DNA from: Pecten maximus
Taxonomy: Eukaryota
DNA length: 64,000 nt
Direction: 5' to 3'
Assembly: GCF_902652985.1 (NCBI RefSeq)
Contig: NC_047015.1
Coordinates: forward strand, 42,470,001-42,534,000
Below the pieces are notes generated by a model, which had not been told where the DNA came from, ran no database searches, and worked only from the letters and a program-made list of their open reading frames with translations. Each line of letters starts with the position of its first letter. Within the stretch, counting starts at the first letter, position 1. Shown here piece after piece: positions 52,501 to 64,000 of this stretch. The position numbers and the translations under genes are program-made.

Positions 52501-53006
52501 CCATTCATCAGCGCTGTTATATCCGTTCTTGAAAAAAACTCACTTTTCTTGGTTGCTGAGAGTTTTGTTAGAGCATCTGTGGTGAAATACGACCTTTGCA
52601 TGTGTTCCCTGCAGCAACGACTTTGGGAGTTTATGTAGACGCCTTTATCAATAAAGGCTTGAGAAATGGCAGTTGACCCTACACGGGTGAGATTTTTTGA
52701 CTTTTTACAGATTACACATCTTTTATTGTTACGTGGTGTTGACTTTATATTGAGTTGAATATTCTGTGGACTCTTCAGGGTTTCCTTTACAGTTACGGTC
52801 TGTTTATCTTGATCGTCTCCAGAGGAAGTGGTAGCCTGCTTTTTGGAACGTAAAGCCTTCAAGCGGCACTTGGAACATATTTGGTCGTCTGATGTAACCT
52901 GACGACATATCAGTTTTGATACTATTTTCTTGGACGCCTTTGGAACTGGTCGCCTATCCCTTGGGTTGACCCTCTTCCGACAAACAATGCAATCATATGC
53001 CTTCAT
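49510..53006 (-). CDS. Spliced transposase, 675 aa: N-terminal Zn fingers, HTH, DDE (DDE_Tnp_4-like) and C-terminal SWIM finger. Exons 53006-52248, 51782-51617, 51324-50948, 50595-50157, 49796-49510
   Basis: All four introns are GT-AG with consistent phases; the joined CDS is 2028 nt with no internal stop. Catalytic VLDGTY, IVDRGF and RWVVESVNG motifs; SWIM YCTCKVGARVVGCCAH. Confidence 0.9.
51903..52130 (-). mobile_element. tRNA-derived SINE nested in transposase intron 1
   Basis: Minus strand: TGGCCGAGTGGTTAAG A-box, GAGTTCTAAAC B-box-like, TTTTTCTATGTATTCCGGTCTTCCTCCACC V-like core and a tail. Confidence 0.7.
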
Positions 53007-53454
53007 TTCCTTCTGTTTAACAAAAATTAAAAACATGTACAAGCCAATATCGATTATCAAATTCTTAAATGATATTCCCTACAACGTTGATGCATGTACA
53101 TTGTATATAGTTATTGCTTCGCTTTATTATTGATACCATTCTTAATTTATTTTTATCTAAGCTACTATCACATATTTGAAATTCTTGGATACAGAAATAG
53201 TCATTTGAAATTAAAAAGAAAACGGAGAAGAAAGAAGCTTACAGGTGCTGAGAGATATAATACATTGTATATCTAAAGCAAATTGGAATAAACAATTTAT
53301 TTTAAAATCTCACTTACTGTTAATTCAGTGAAAAAATACAGAATTTAAGATGTTCATTGATATTATAATTTGTATATATCAGTCTCAAAATACCCAGATC
53401 TGGATGGTCTAAGAATTAAAAATCTAGTTAAAAAAATAAATAAAAATAACATTT

Positions 53455-53520
53455 TCCGATATTCGAACTCGTGACCTTCCATTAACAAGTCAAGACTTCT
53501 ACCTGTTACGCCACAGGGGC
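53455..53520 (-). other. tRNA-like (SINE head) fragment upstream of the transposase ATG
   Basis: Minus strand TGGCGTAACAGG ... GAGTTCGAAT with tRNA-like spacing; the acceptor stem does not pair convincingly. Confidence 0.4.
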
Positions 53521-56333
53521 TTTCATTTTCATTGCAATGCAAAACATGTATATAAACAAAAACTTAATGTGTATTACATTCCGTCGAGTGACGTAATACG
53601 TTCTATTTTTAACGCATGGTCAACTTCTTTTCACTGAAGAAACGGGATTTAAAACTTTTTACGGTGTTATTTTTAATTGGTTTTCTTTTCACATAAACGC
53701 AACGTAACAAAAAAGCAAAGACGACCATAAATATACAAACATTTATAATGCAGGATGCCATTTTGTTGACGATAGTGACATGAACACGGGCGGGGCGGGT
53801 CGAGTGGCAGACGATCGCGACCATTGACACAGTTCAAAAGGGAATTTGATTTCCTCGGGGAGAGCACGACAGAATTTCTGTTGTTATTCTATATATTATT
53901 TTATAAAAAACATTCATGACACGATTTGATCACCGCACACTTATATAGCCTAGTTGGGTCGAACTGTCTCGGGCCATAATAATCTCTTGAAATGTCGCGA
54001 TCGAAATAGCATGTTTTGTCGGCATTGTCATTGTGTCGACCGCGGAACAAGTCAGTCAGTGTTGGTTTTTGTTGTTTTGAACAATGAACATCGATTGTAG
54101 ACATCTGCCCCGTTTTCAAAATGATAACAAGAGTTTATTTTCTTCATAACATGATGGACAATAATCCCGATTTTATAACTTATCGACATATAATAAAGGC
54201 CAAACTAGGCACGTTAACGTTAGTTCTGTCCGCGGACAGTAAGCTTAGTCTTATGTAACCGTCGGGTTTTTCAGCAAGATTTCCCCCCAAGATTTATCAT
54301 GATCACATTTATAATCAATATTTTCAAAATTGATTAATTTCACTTACCTTTTTTTCAAATTATCTTATCATCCATAGGTTCTTGAGTGGTGTCTTGACAA
54401 TTTCCAATCCACCTATAAGTAGCATCAAGATGACGTTGACGTTGTAACTAAAAAACGGCGTTATTACGGATATAATCTGGTTAATCTTTTATTTTTTTTA
54501 AACATGAGCGCATGCATGTCCCATCTTAAGATATATGTTAATATTTTCCTTAAGATTCATGTTTATTTATGTAATTTTATTTTGATGGGACATACATGCG
54601 CTCTACTTCGTTTTCATGTGTGAATGTGACCACCAACCAATACTCATATTAGTGCCGTTAAAAAATTCCGCCAGCGTTTGTTTACTTTTAAGTACTGCTC
54701 TGATCATTACCAGTATTATTTGCAGACTTATTTCAGTACAAATGTTTGTAAAAAACAGCTTTAGACAGGAAATGAGCTGAAATTTCGTATTGGTATGTTT
54801 GATTTTTGGTTAGTGCTGCAAAGCTGCAATAATTTCCATCTGAAGCGTGTATACATGCAATATAAAAGCAAAATGACGTTGTCCCTTTCTACTGGATTGG
54901 CCATATATCGGCAATAATTAATTGCATTTACAACTATGCTTTAAAAATATTTCGTGGAAGAAATCAAACAAAAGACACTACAAACATGTATTTCAGATCA
55001 ATCTTTATTGAATAGATTCTACAAATCAAACTTTTCTCTGAAACAAAATTCTGACAAACTATGGAGCATAAACCAGCTGTTAGTGCATTTAGTCCTTTAT
55101 ACATGTACAGATACAAATGTAAGTACGATAAACTTTGTCACAACTTATTTATAGTCATCAGTTTCACAGAAGCGGCTAAGTTTAGTGTCAACTAAATAAT
55201 TTTTTTCAAAGTCTCTCGAGATTATATCACACCTGCAGTTTGACTAAGTATTATTAAGTATCTAATATAGATTAAAATATCATGACTAAGTTGAACTTAA
55301 ACAGATAAGTTAGATAGTTAACGGATTTGATATAGAACATTACATATATAATACTCCCATTGAAATTGATTAGATAACAGGGTGCGTATGTCAACTATGG
55401 CCTGTTTTATTTCTTTGGAAAGTAGTTAACCTAGGTCAGAAATAGCAAAATACGAGCCTTTTACCATTACGAGGTACAGATTGTTAGACGGCTAGATGAA
55501 AAAAAAAGTTTCGTTCATAATTTGACAAAAAAAGTTTATGACATTCGCAAACGTTGTCAGAAAAATAGATTATGAATTTATGTAAAAAGATAAATGTCAA
55601 GCCATATGAAATTTGATGAGTTACACAAAACACCAAAATTAGATAACCATCTTTAAAGTGTCGTCTCCTACGTATGAACGACACCACCAGGAAGTATTTA
55701 GACTGGGTCGTCAAACTAACATTTAAAACACTTACATTTTTATGCGGAAGGTTCGTACTCGGATGTACTTCAAAATGTAATGAATAAGAAATAATACGTT
55801 ACCAAGTATGTACAACTTGTATGCATACTATACGCGTAAGCATTAATATATATACTCGCGAAATATACCTAACATTCAACCGAGAACTATGGGGTATAAA
55901 TAATTGGATATATCACCAATTGATGAAATAATCATAAAAATATTCAAAAATAAATAAAATAGCCATCGATAAAATATCGTCCTTCTTTTGAAGGACACCA
56001 TAAGGAAGTATTCTGACTGATTCATACCGGACTTTTATAAGATTAAACTTAAAGTTAGACACTTTGTTACAACAGTCTGGTTCTTAGCGGAGTTCTTCCT
56101 GGTAATTGTCCTAATTATACTTTTAGTTCATTCTATCACTTGGTCTGCATGTGGCCGGTACGGAAGTGTTTCGTCATTATTTCCTCCTTAGTACAACCAG
56201 CCAATTTTTATTGATCATAAGATCGGTTCGACAGCTGGTGTATTATAGCGTAGGAAATGAAGGCCAATCTGCTATCTTAATGGAGGATTCTTATTAAGAC
56301 TTTCATTTGGGAATTATTGCAGCAGTAGTATTC

Positions 56334-58730
56334 ATGATCATTCCGAAAAATCCAATGGAAATGTGGATAAATATTTTTCTGTGTCTGTGTGGAATATCCT
56401 CACTACACGGCGGAGGGTGGGGTTACACCCCTCCGGAAGGCATTGGGGCGATGTGTGCCGCTAACGTCACCAGAGACACCAGTGTACCATGTGACTACTC
56501 CTCACGACGTGAACAATATTGGAGGACCAGTGTCAATGATGATCAACCTTGCAAACTGAAAATTAAGAAAAGATCTCTTGATAATTTCCAACGAAAATAC
56601 ACACATCTCAAGTTTAATTTTGCTCAACTACTCCTGAAGTTTAGGATAAATGATACGGCGGTATCGGTTTCCTCTACGAAATGTGTAATTCAACCCCTGA
56701 ATTGGGCATGGACCCACAGAGGACAAAAAGGCGCGTACAAAGCTCTTTTCTGGCCACGTGATTATTCGATATTATCTCTAGGAACGCTAAAAAGAAATTT
56801 TTTCGGTCCATACTGTGTGTTCATTGACATGCAAGGCAATTGTTCTTCTTTTGTAATTGGAGAAATGAATACAACACTAGCGATAGTTCATGCACTTTCC
56901 GAACTGATACCTGAAAAGAAAACGGACCATCTTCCGTTCGGAATGGTGGAAGATACCAATATGTGGTGTTATACGAAGATGGTTAATATAACCGACACAA
57001 TGCGTTCCCTATGTCGATATACCATTTGTCCACAGAACACGGTGGGCTATTCCTGCTGCAAACACGACTTCCATACTAAATCCCTACATTGTAACGGAGA
57101 GCCGTTCCGGTACTTCAAGTTTTGGTGGGAACTACCGTATGTTATTGGTAGCGTTGTATTCCTATTTTTCCCGCTCTTTTTTATTGCAATATCGGATAGG
57201 CTATATCGGATATTGAGGAACCAAAAATCAATGAGTTACAAACCAAATGAACAAGAGGGTTACGAATGGATCTCGGAGAACCATGTGTGTTTCAGCGCGG
57301 CTCTGTTCTCCCCGTTTCAAGGTCTTGTCATCCGACACATGGTTGCCGTGTCGAGATTTGTCAGGTTCGCATTCTCATTGTGCACGGTGTTTATAACCGC
57401 TATTTACCTAATCGTGGTATGGAAGACTTACTCTCTACGTTTATTTCATATAGATCTTGTTAAAAACCACGTGACAACTGACGTAAATTCTATGCTTTCT
57501 GGTTTCGAGATGAGTCGCCAGAACTTTCTGACGCTGTTTGGTGGTCCATATGTTGCGTTCAGCATGTTCTTACTTCTCTTTGCGGCGCTGTTATCAGTCC
57601 CGAAAAGTTTGGCAATTTTATTAGAGTCAGGCTTACCAGATCCCTCTCCGGAACACTTATCTCCTCTATGTGTAGACATGAACACTGTATCTACTCTAGG
57701 GTCTACACAATCTCTACATACAACCATCGGCTACAATAAAATATATAGAACTTTACTGGCCCAAATGGCAATGTTGTTCAATCCAGAATTCTGGAGATTC
57801 GTTCTGAAATGCCAGATAAAGAGATGGATAAGTTTCAGTGAATATTCATCCCCGTGTAAATTTCGCGTGTTTCTAGTGTACTTCGTCACACTTCCGGTAT
57901 TCGCGGTGACGTGTGTGCTGGAATGGATCACTTGCATTCTGTATTACGGACTTCCGATAGTTTTTGTAAATGTAATAGTGTATAGAGCTTATTGCTCGAA
58001 CATAAAACGGTATTTGCGTAGCACCAATGGAAGTATCACAAAACATTTTACTTTTCTATTCATATGTTTGATCGCGATTGTTTTGTTGTACTGTTGCTAC
58101 ATCTTACATATATTATTTGTGTATAGTTTTGTATTGGTAGCTCGCACCGCCATATTTACGTACACTGGTTTCGTAGCCTACCCGGAACACTACCGTAACT
58201 ACCTTATATGTTATCTTAGCGTCGCCATATACATCGTGGAGTCCATTCGATCCATGAAACTCACGTACGACGAGCTGTTTGATCAAACCAAACTGGTGTG
58301 TGATATTATGATGGACGACGTTATGTACAATGGTTCAAGCATCATAAAGACAGTAGAATCGAAAATCTTTATTCCTCAGCGTTTATTCAATTTTGTTATC
58401 AGCCATCAAAAACCTTTGAGAATTGAAACTTTCTTAATGTTCTTCAGACTGTTAATTACTATCATGGTGATCTATATGTCCGTAGTAATGCTGGTCATAT
58501 TTGACACGTTTGACCACATGAACGTGTTGACCGAAATTGGAACAACGGTTGTCATCTGTATGGCGCCTAAGGTTTTACGAAGTGCCTTTAAATGTTCCGG
58601 ATATAGTAATGAAGTGGAGGAGCGACAGACCATCAAGCTATGGGTGGTTGACTACCTGAATGAATTTACATCCAATATGGATAGACATGTACAGGAAAGG
58701 GATAAATCGATGTCTCTTGCTGTTTTGTGA
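56334..58730 (+). CDS. Uncharacterised single-exon multi-pass membrane protein (~798 aa): signal peptide, Cys-rich glycosylated ectodomain, ~9-10 TM segments
   Basis: 2.4-kb uninterrupted ORF in AT-rich DNA. First ATG 56334 (alternative 56355); hydrophobic N-terminus; many Cys and N-x-S/T sequons in the first ~260 aa, then many hydrophobic stretches. Family not recognised. Confidence 0.85.
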   Translation: MIIPKNPMEMWINIFLCLCGISSLHGGGWGYTPPEGIGAMCAANVTRDTSVPCDYSSRREQYWRTSVNDDQPCKLKIKKRSLDNFQRKYTHLKFNFAQLLLKFRINDTAVSVSSTKCVIQPLNWAWTHRGQKGAYKALFWPRDYSILSLGTLKRNFFGPYCVFIDMQGNCSSFVIGEMNTTLAIVHALSELIPEKKTDHLPFGMVEDTNMWCYTKMVNITDTMRSLCRYTICPQNTVGYSCCKHDFHTKSLHCNGEPFRYFKFWWELPYVIGSVVFLFFPLFFIAISDRLYRILRNQKSMSYKPNEQEGYEWISENHVCFSAALFSPFQGLVIRHMVAVSRFVRFAFSLCTVFITAIYLIVVWKTYSLRLFHIDLVKNHVTTDVNSMLSGFEMSRQNFLTLFGGPYVAFSMFLLLFAALLSVPKSLAILLESGLPDPSPEHLSPLCVDMNTVSTLGSTQSLHTTIGYNKIYRTLLAQMAMLFNPEFWRFVLKCQIKRWISFSEYSSPCKFRVFLVYFVTLPVFAVTCVLEWITCILYYGLPIVFVNVIVYRAYCSNIKRYLRSTNGSITKHFTFLFICLIAIVLLYCCYILHILFVYSFVLVARTAIFTYTGFVAYPEHYRNYLICYLSVAIYIVESIRSMKLTYDELFDQTKLVCDIMMDDVMYNGSSIIKTVESKIFIPQRLFNFVISHQKPLRIETFLMFFRLLITIMVIYMSVVMLVIFDTFDHMNVLTEIGTTVVICMAPKVLRSAFKCSGYSNEVEERQTIKLWVVDYLNEFTSNMDRHVQERDKSMSLAVL

Positions 58731-60975
58731 AGTACTACATCACCTGGACACTGCTATTGGTATTTTTTATTATAGCATTTTTACCAGTGAATTATCGAAA
58801 ATTATTCATTCTATAAAAGTGATATTTTTAACTAGTGAAAAATATCACCTTTTTTCTGATTTGATCAATTAGAACACTGCTTACAAATGACAAATTTTAA
58901 AAGATTTGCATATAGCTCTCCGTCATTTTCATGACGTCATAATGCAAGATAATATATATTACGTCACGATTTGGCGTACATTTGTGAGCCGTTGACAGGG
59001 GACCGCAATGATTTTGGGAGAGATTGAGCTGCCTCAGTGTATTTTGCTTTAAAATGTAATAAACAGAGTATCTAACAGTATCATCAGTAACACCAAATAC
59101 ATTTCACTCGTGTGGCTAATATTTTATATTACTGAAGACACTGTTAGATATCCTCTCTATCTTTTGAACTGTGAATAAATATACACTATAGACAGTCTGA
59201 TAACTGAATATTGGAATGATTTAATGATATGGACATTACAATTTTAATATGTTTACTTGTACTTCGTGTTTTTTATATTATGCCATTTATCATGAATGTG
59301 TTATATGTCATTTATTTTACCATCAATGCTACAGTGTATGTGGAGAATGTATCGCGTTCGGTCTTCACGAGGTCGGATATCTCTATGTATACCACCATGA
59401 ACTATTGGCTATTGTATAGATGCATGTCTGCTTTTGGAGTAAGATTCTGTGTAATCGGAACTATTCTCTTTAAGTGTTCATAGAAATCTCAGTGAACACG
59501 ACTGCATTGATGAGAGTTACCTCTCTTTGCTGATTGCACTCAAAGAGGATGGGGGCGAAAAGGGCTCTGGACCTATCAATGTAGTTTAAATCTTTAATTG
59601 TTTTCTGTCAAATGGCACATACATTTCTTGAGTAGGTCTCAGGAGTGATATCAAGGTTGGTATTTCCACGTAACCCATTGTATTTTAACACTCTATCTCT
59701 TTTCTCTGTTGATAACACTGTTTATTTAACAAAATTTAAATAGAAAAAAAATCGCCAGGCTACCAAACATGAAGAGAAAATTTCCATATTTAATACGAGT
59801 TATCTCCCTTCATTAGCAGTAATACAAGTATAATAAGGCATACGGTAATATAACTACGTATATACAGTTGTAAGTTATAGGTATGGTATCCGGGCCATGT
59901 CCTTGTAACCCACGTGTTTGATTAGAAAGGGCAGATTTGTTATTTACCGTTAACTGTTCCAAACATATGTAAGAGCTAACTCCGTGATGTAGACAAATGC
60001 TCCGCTTAGGCCAGAAATAGTCGCACGTTAGTTATATATATATAGGGTCTAGAAAGTAATAACGACTGTGTGTTCCAATATAGGTACTGGATCCTAGCAA
60101 ACAGATGTTCGCGGGATGCGTTTTACTAGAAATAGATAATTGGTCATGTTGAAGTAACGTCAGTACAGACAAGTAAATTGTCGTATGTAAGATATATAGG
60201 CACGAAGTACACAAGTTCAATGTGAATTATGAACGTTTTTGTGTTCAATGGGAATGTTACCTTGGTAACCACGTTTTTTCAATTTGAAAGCCACGCACCA
60301 TTTCGCTTATCCTGCGTGCTTTTAATTGTTCATATATTGATTATCCTATATTAGATCATGCTATGATAACAACAATATCTATGATTTATAAGAAAAAAAA
60401 TATGTATTGTTTTTTTGGCACTCATATGTAAATAAGCCTCGTTTTCTATCTATAGAAGTAAAAAGAACCTAACTGAGTCCCTTTCACGTGACGTCACAGG
60501 GCGTGGGTTTATACAAAATATAACTACACTATAGTTCTATATATTTAATCACTGCAACCTTATTTTGGATTCAAAATTAGAATAATTTATACTCCAAGAA
60601 TGTTTGATTTCTCCTTTTCTCTATTATGTTTAAATAAAAAGGCGCATATTAAAATATTTGATAGAGAAAAAGTAGTACTATGCTTTCAACCCATTCTTTC
60701 CAGCATACTGGAATATCATACAACAACATTGCCCACGCTGCAGGACTCTCAAGCATGGTGACCAGACTGCTGGTCTATAATGATTGATTAAAGGGAACTA
60801 ACTCGTTTAATCTTACAACCGACTACGATGCGTTGATAGCATTATACCATATGGGCATCAGAACGTAGTTAAACTTGGTAATTTTGCTATTAATCGTTTG
60901 GTTATAATTTGAATAAAGTGTCAACAGAGAACGAGTTATACACAATGTCAGGTTGGGGTAGTCTATATAACAATA

Positions 60976-63220
60976 GGGTTACAATAGTATCTGTGTGACA
61001 AGGGGGTTACAATAGTATATGTGTGACAAGGGGGTTACAATAGTATATGTGTGACAAGGGGGTTACAATAGTATATGTGTGACAAGAGGGTTACATTAAA
61101 CAATAGTCGGGTGGGGTGTCTCTGTGTGACAAGGGGTTACAATAGTATATGTGTGACAAGTTGGTTACAATAGTATATGTGTGACAAGTGGGTTATCTTA
61201 AACAATAGTCGGGTAGGGTGTATCTGTGTGACAAGGGGGTTACAATAGTATATGTGTGACAAGGGGGTTACAATAGTATATGTGTGACAAGGGGGTTACA
61301 ATAGTATATGTGTGACAAGGGGGTTACATTAAACAATAGTCGGGTGGGGTGTATCTGTGTGACAAGGGGGTTACATTTGAAAAATTGTCGGGTGGGGTGT
61401 ATCTGTGTGACAAGAGGTTACATTAAAAATAGTCGGGTGGGGTGTATCCATGTGACGAGAGGGTACCAATAGTCAGGTAGGGTGTATCTGTGTGACAAGG
61501 GGGTTACAATAGTCGGGTGGGGTGTTTTGTGTGGCAAGGGGGTTAAAATAGTCGGGTGGGATGTATTTTTGTGGCAAGGGGGTTACAATAGTCGGGTGGG
61601 GTATATCTGTGTGACAAGGGGGTTACAATAGTCGGGTGGGGTGTATCTGTTTGACAAGGGGGCTACAATAGTCGGGTGGGGTGTATCTGTGTGACAAGGG
61701 GGTTACAATAGTGGGTGAGGTGTATCTGTGTGACAAGGGGGTTACAATAGTCGGGTGGGGTGTATCTGTGTGACAAGGGGGTTAAAATAGTCGGGTGGGG
61801 TGTATCTGTGTGACAAGGGAGTTACAATAGTCGGGAGGGGTATATCTATATGACAAGGGGGTTACAATAGTGGGGTGAGGTGTATCTGTGTGACAAGGGG
61901 GTTACAATAGTCGGGTGGGGTGTATCTGTGTGACAAGGGGGTTACAATAGTCGGGTGGGGTGTATCTGTGTGACAAGGGGGTTACAATAGTCGGGTGGGG
62001 TGTATCTGTGTGACAAGGGGGTTACAATAGTGGGGTGGGGTGTATCTGTGTGACAAGGGGGTTACAATAGTGGGGTGTGGTGTATCTGTGTGACAAGGGG
62101 GTTACAATAGTGGGGTGTGGTGTATCTGTGTGACAAGGGGGTTACAATAGTCGGGTGGGGTGTATCTGTGTGACAAGGGGGTTACAATAGTGGGGTGTGG
62201 TGTATCTGTGTGACAAGGGGGTTACAATAGTGGGGTGGGGTGTATCTGTGTGACAAGGGGGTTACAATAGTGGGGTGTGGTGTATCTGTGTGACAAGGGG
62301 GTTACAATAGTGGGGTGGGGTGTATCTGTGTGACAAGGGGGTTACAATAGTCGGGTGGGGTGTATCTGTGTGACAAGGGGGTTACAATAGTCGGGTGGGG
62401 TGTATCTGTGTGACAAGGGGGTTACAATAGTCGGGTGGGGTGTATCTGTATGACAAGGGGGTTACAATAGTCGGGTGGGGTGTATCTGTGTGACAAGGGG
62501 GTTACAATAGTCGGGTGGGGTGTATCTGTGTGACAAGGGGGTTACAATAGTCGGGTGGGGTGTATCTATGTGACAAGGGAGTTACAATAGTCACGTAGGG
62601 TGTATCTATGTGACAAGGGAGGTACAATAGTCGGGTGTGGTGTATCTGTGTGACAAGACGGTAACAATAGTCGGGTGGGGTGTATCTGTGTGACAAGACG
62701 GTAACAATAGTGGGTGGGGAGTATCTGTGTGACAAGGGGGTTACAATAGTCGGGTGGGGTGTATCTGTGTGACAAGGGGGTTATAATAGTCGGGTGGGGT
62801 GTATCTGTGTGACAAGGGGTTACAATAGTCGGGTGGGATGTATCTGTGTGACAAGGGGTTACAATAGTCGGGTGGGGTGTATCTGTGTGACAAGGGAGTT
62901 ATAGTAGTCGGGTGGGGTGTATCTATGTGACAAGGGGGTTACAATAGTCGGGTGGGGTGTATCTGTGTGACAAGGGATTACAATAGTCGGGTGGGATGTA
63001 TCTGTGTGACAAGGGGTTACAATAGTCGGGTGGGGTGTATCTGTGTGACAAGGGAGTTATAGTAGTCGGGTGGGGTGTATCTGTGTGACAAGGGGGTTAC
63101 AATAGTCGGGTGGGGTGTATCTATGTGACAAGGGGGTTACAATAGTCGGGTTGGGTGTTTATGTGTGACAAGGTGGTTAGAATACTCGGGTGGGGTGTAT
63201 CTGTGTGAGAAAGGGGTGAT
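60976..63220. repeat. G-rich minisatellite, 40-bp unit (gttacaatagtcgggtggggtgtatctgtgtgacaagggg) with 28-bp variants at the left end
   Basis: Exact 40-bp periodicity at 61861-62520; the shorter gggggttacaatagtatatgtgtgacaa unit occurs at 60976-61320. Confidence 0.98.
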
Positions 63221-64000
63221 ACTATTTATACATGGATGTTTCTTGTTTTACGTGAGAACGGCAGTAGTTTAAAGACATCAGTAGTTCAACGGTTGCTGTC
63301 GTTGATACTTATTACGAAATTGGGAATAAAATATCGGATGAGGTTGTTGATGTTATAAAACGGATAGACATTTTACCCTTATTGCTCTAAATCGCATGCT
63401 ACGGGCCTCTCGTATCACTATAGCGCGGGGCGATTAACCAACCATCCAAACAAACAAACATTGGAATGACTCAGGGGAGTGGTTTTGAGATTTGAAAAAA
63501 AAAAATTGTTTGCATCTGAAAGGTGGTAAATGGTGACATGAACTTGATAACAATGTACCCGGATGAGGACCGTGGCCAAACGAGCTGTTAAGGCGAGAGC
63601 TTGAAAAAAGCTGTGTTCCATTACTTTTAATAATTCTATTGGAATTTCAAGAAGAGATGAAAATAAATTATCATTTTAATTTAATGAAATGCCACTGATT
63701 TCATATAGATCATAACAAGGTGTGAACTGTCACTGGGGTCTAGGTATCATAGTATATTGTCTACGACAATGGCTAGTTAATTACTAAAACATCATTTTAA
63801 CAATACAACGTGACATTTATGGAATTTGTTTCTGTCATAAAATCGTCGTAGCGTCGGTGAAGTGTGAACATTGCTCTCGAGAATGTCATTTCTATCGCAT
63901 ATGAATTCATGTTTAAGTCCTATAACCGAAAAGAATTCGCCCACTTCTGTCTATCTCGAGAAATATAAGTGTGAACGTCATTTCTGTTTTCATCAAATGA

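Larger units (their letters stand above)
48807..55095 (-). mobile_element. 6289-bp DNA transposon of the PIF/Harbinger-ISL2EU-Spy group, Spy-type AAA^TTT insertion with no TSD
   Basis: Imperfect 34-bp TIRs (48807-48840 and 55062-55095; 14/15 terminal and 26/34 overall identity; GGACTAARTGCACTA). Flanks ...tacaaa | tttatacatg... rejoin into one satellite unit. An internal spliced transposase is present. Confidence 0.88.

Noticed and set aside
53007-53060. N-terminal extension MIIDIGLYMFLIFVKQ of the 280-aa ORF
   Set aside because: Mostly reads through a polypyrimidine tract and splice acceptor (…ttgttaaacag at 53013). ATG 53006 is the likelier start.
53455-53520. Possible tRNA gene
   Set aside because: A and B boxes are present but the acceptor and anticodon stems pair poorly; more likely a SINE-head relic.
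62502-62775. Repetitive minus-strand ORFs (SHRYTPPDY...)
   Set aside because: Translation of the 40-bp satellite.

Overview
AT-rich eukaryotic (metazoan) genomic DNA; the repeat families and gene content suggest a bivalve mollusc, probably a scallop (inference). Bases ~3-38 kb hold a minus-strand tandem array of single-exon Cys-loop (nicotinic-receptor-like) subunit genes. Three are intact (9093-10262, 27742-29049, 36490-37734), two are near-intact but frameshifted (13045-14215, 32230-33530), one is a decayed pseudogene (17787-18882), and there are orphan remnants (a 5' end plus promoter at ~3160-3345, an M4 fragment at 20475-20634, a promoter copy at ~30568-30670). The intact and near-intact copies keep the Cys-loop and a cation-type M2 pore but have lost the acetylcholine aromatic box and the loop C vicinal cysteines. 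This parallels cephalopod chemotactile receptors and makes the array a candidate bivalve chemoreceptor system. A near full-length CR1-type LINE and a decayed LINE sit inside the array. Downstream are a RING-less B-box/coiled-coil/NHL gene, a 22-bp minisatellite, and a 6.3-kb TIR DNA transposon inserted at AAA^TTT with no target-site duplication (Spy-type signature) that encodes an intact, spliced 675-aa DDE+SWIM transposase. The window ends with an orphan single-exon ~800-aa multi-pass membrane protein gene and a G-rich 40-bp minisatellite. All alignments were done by eye and no database search was run.
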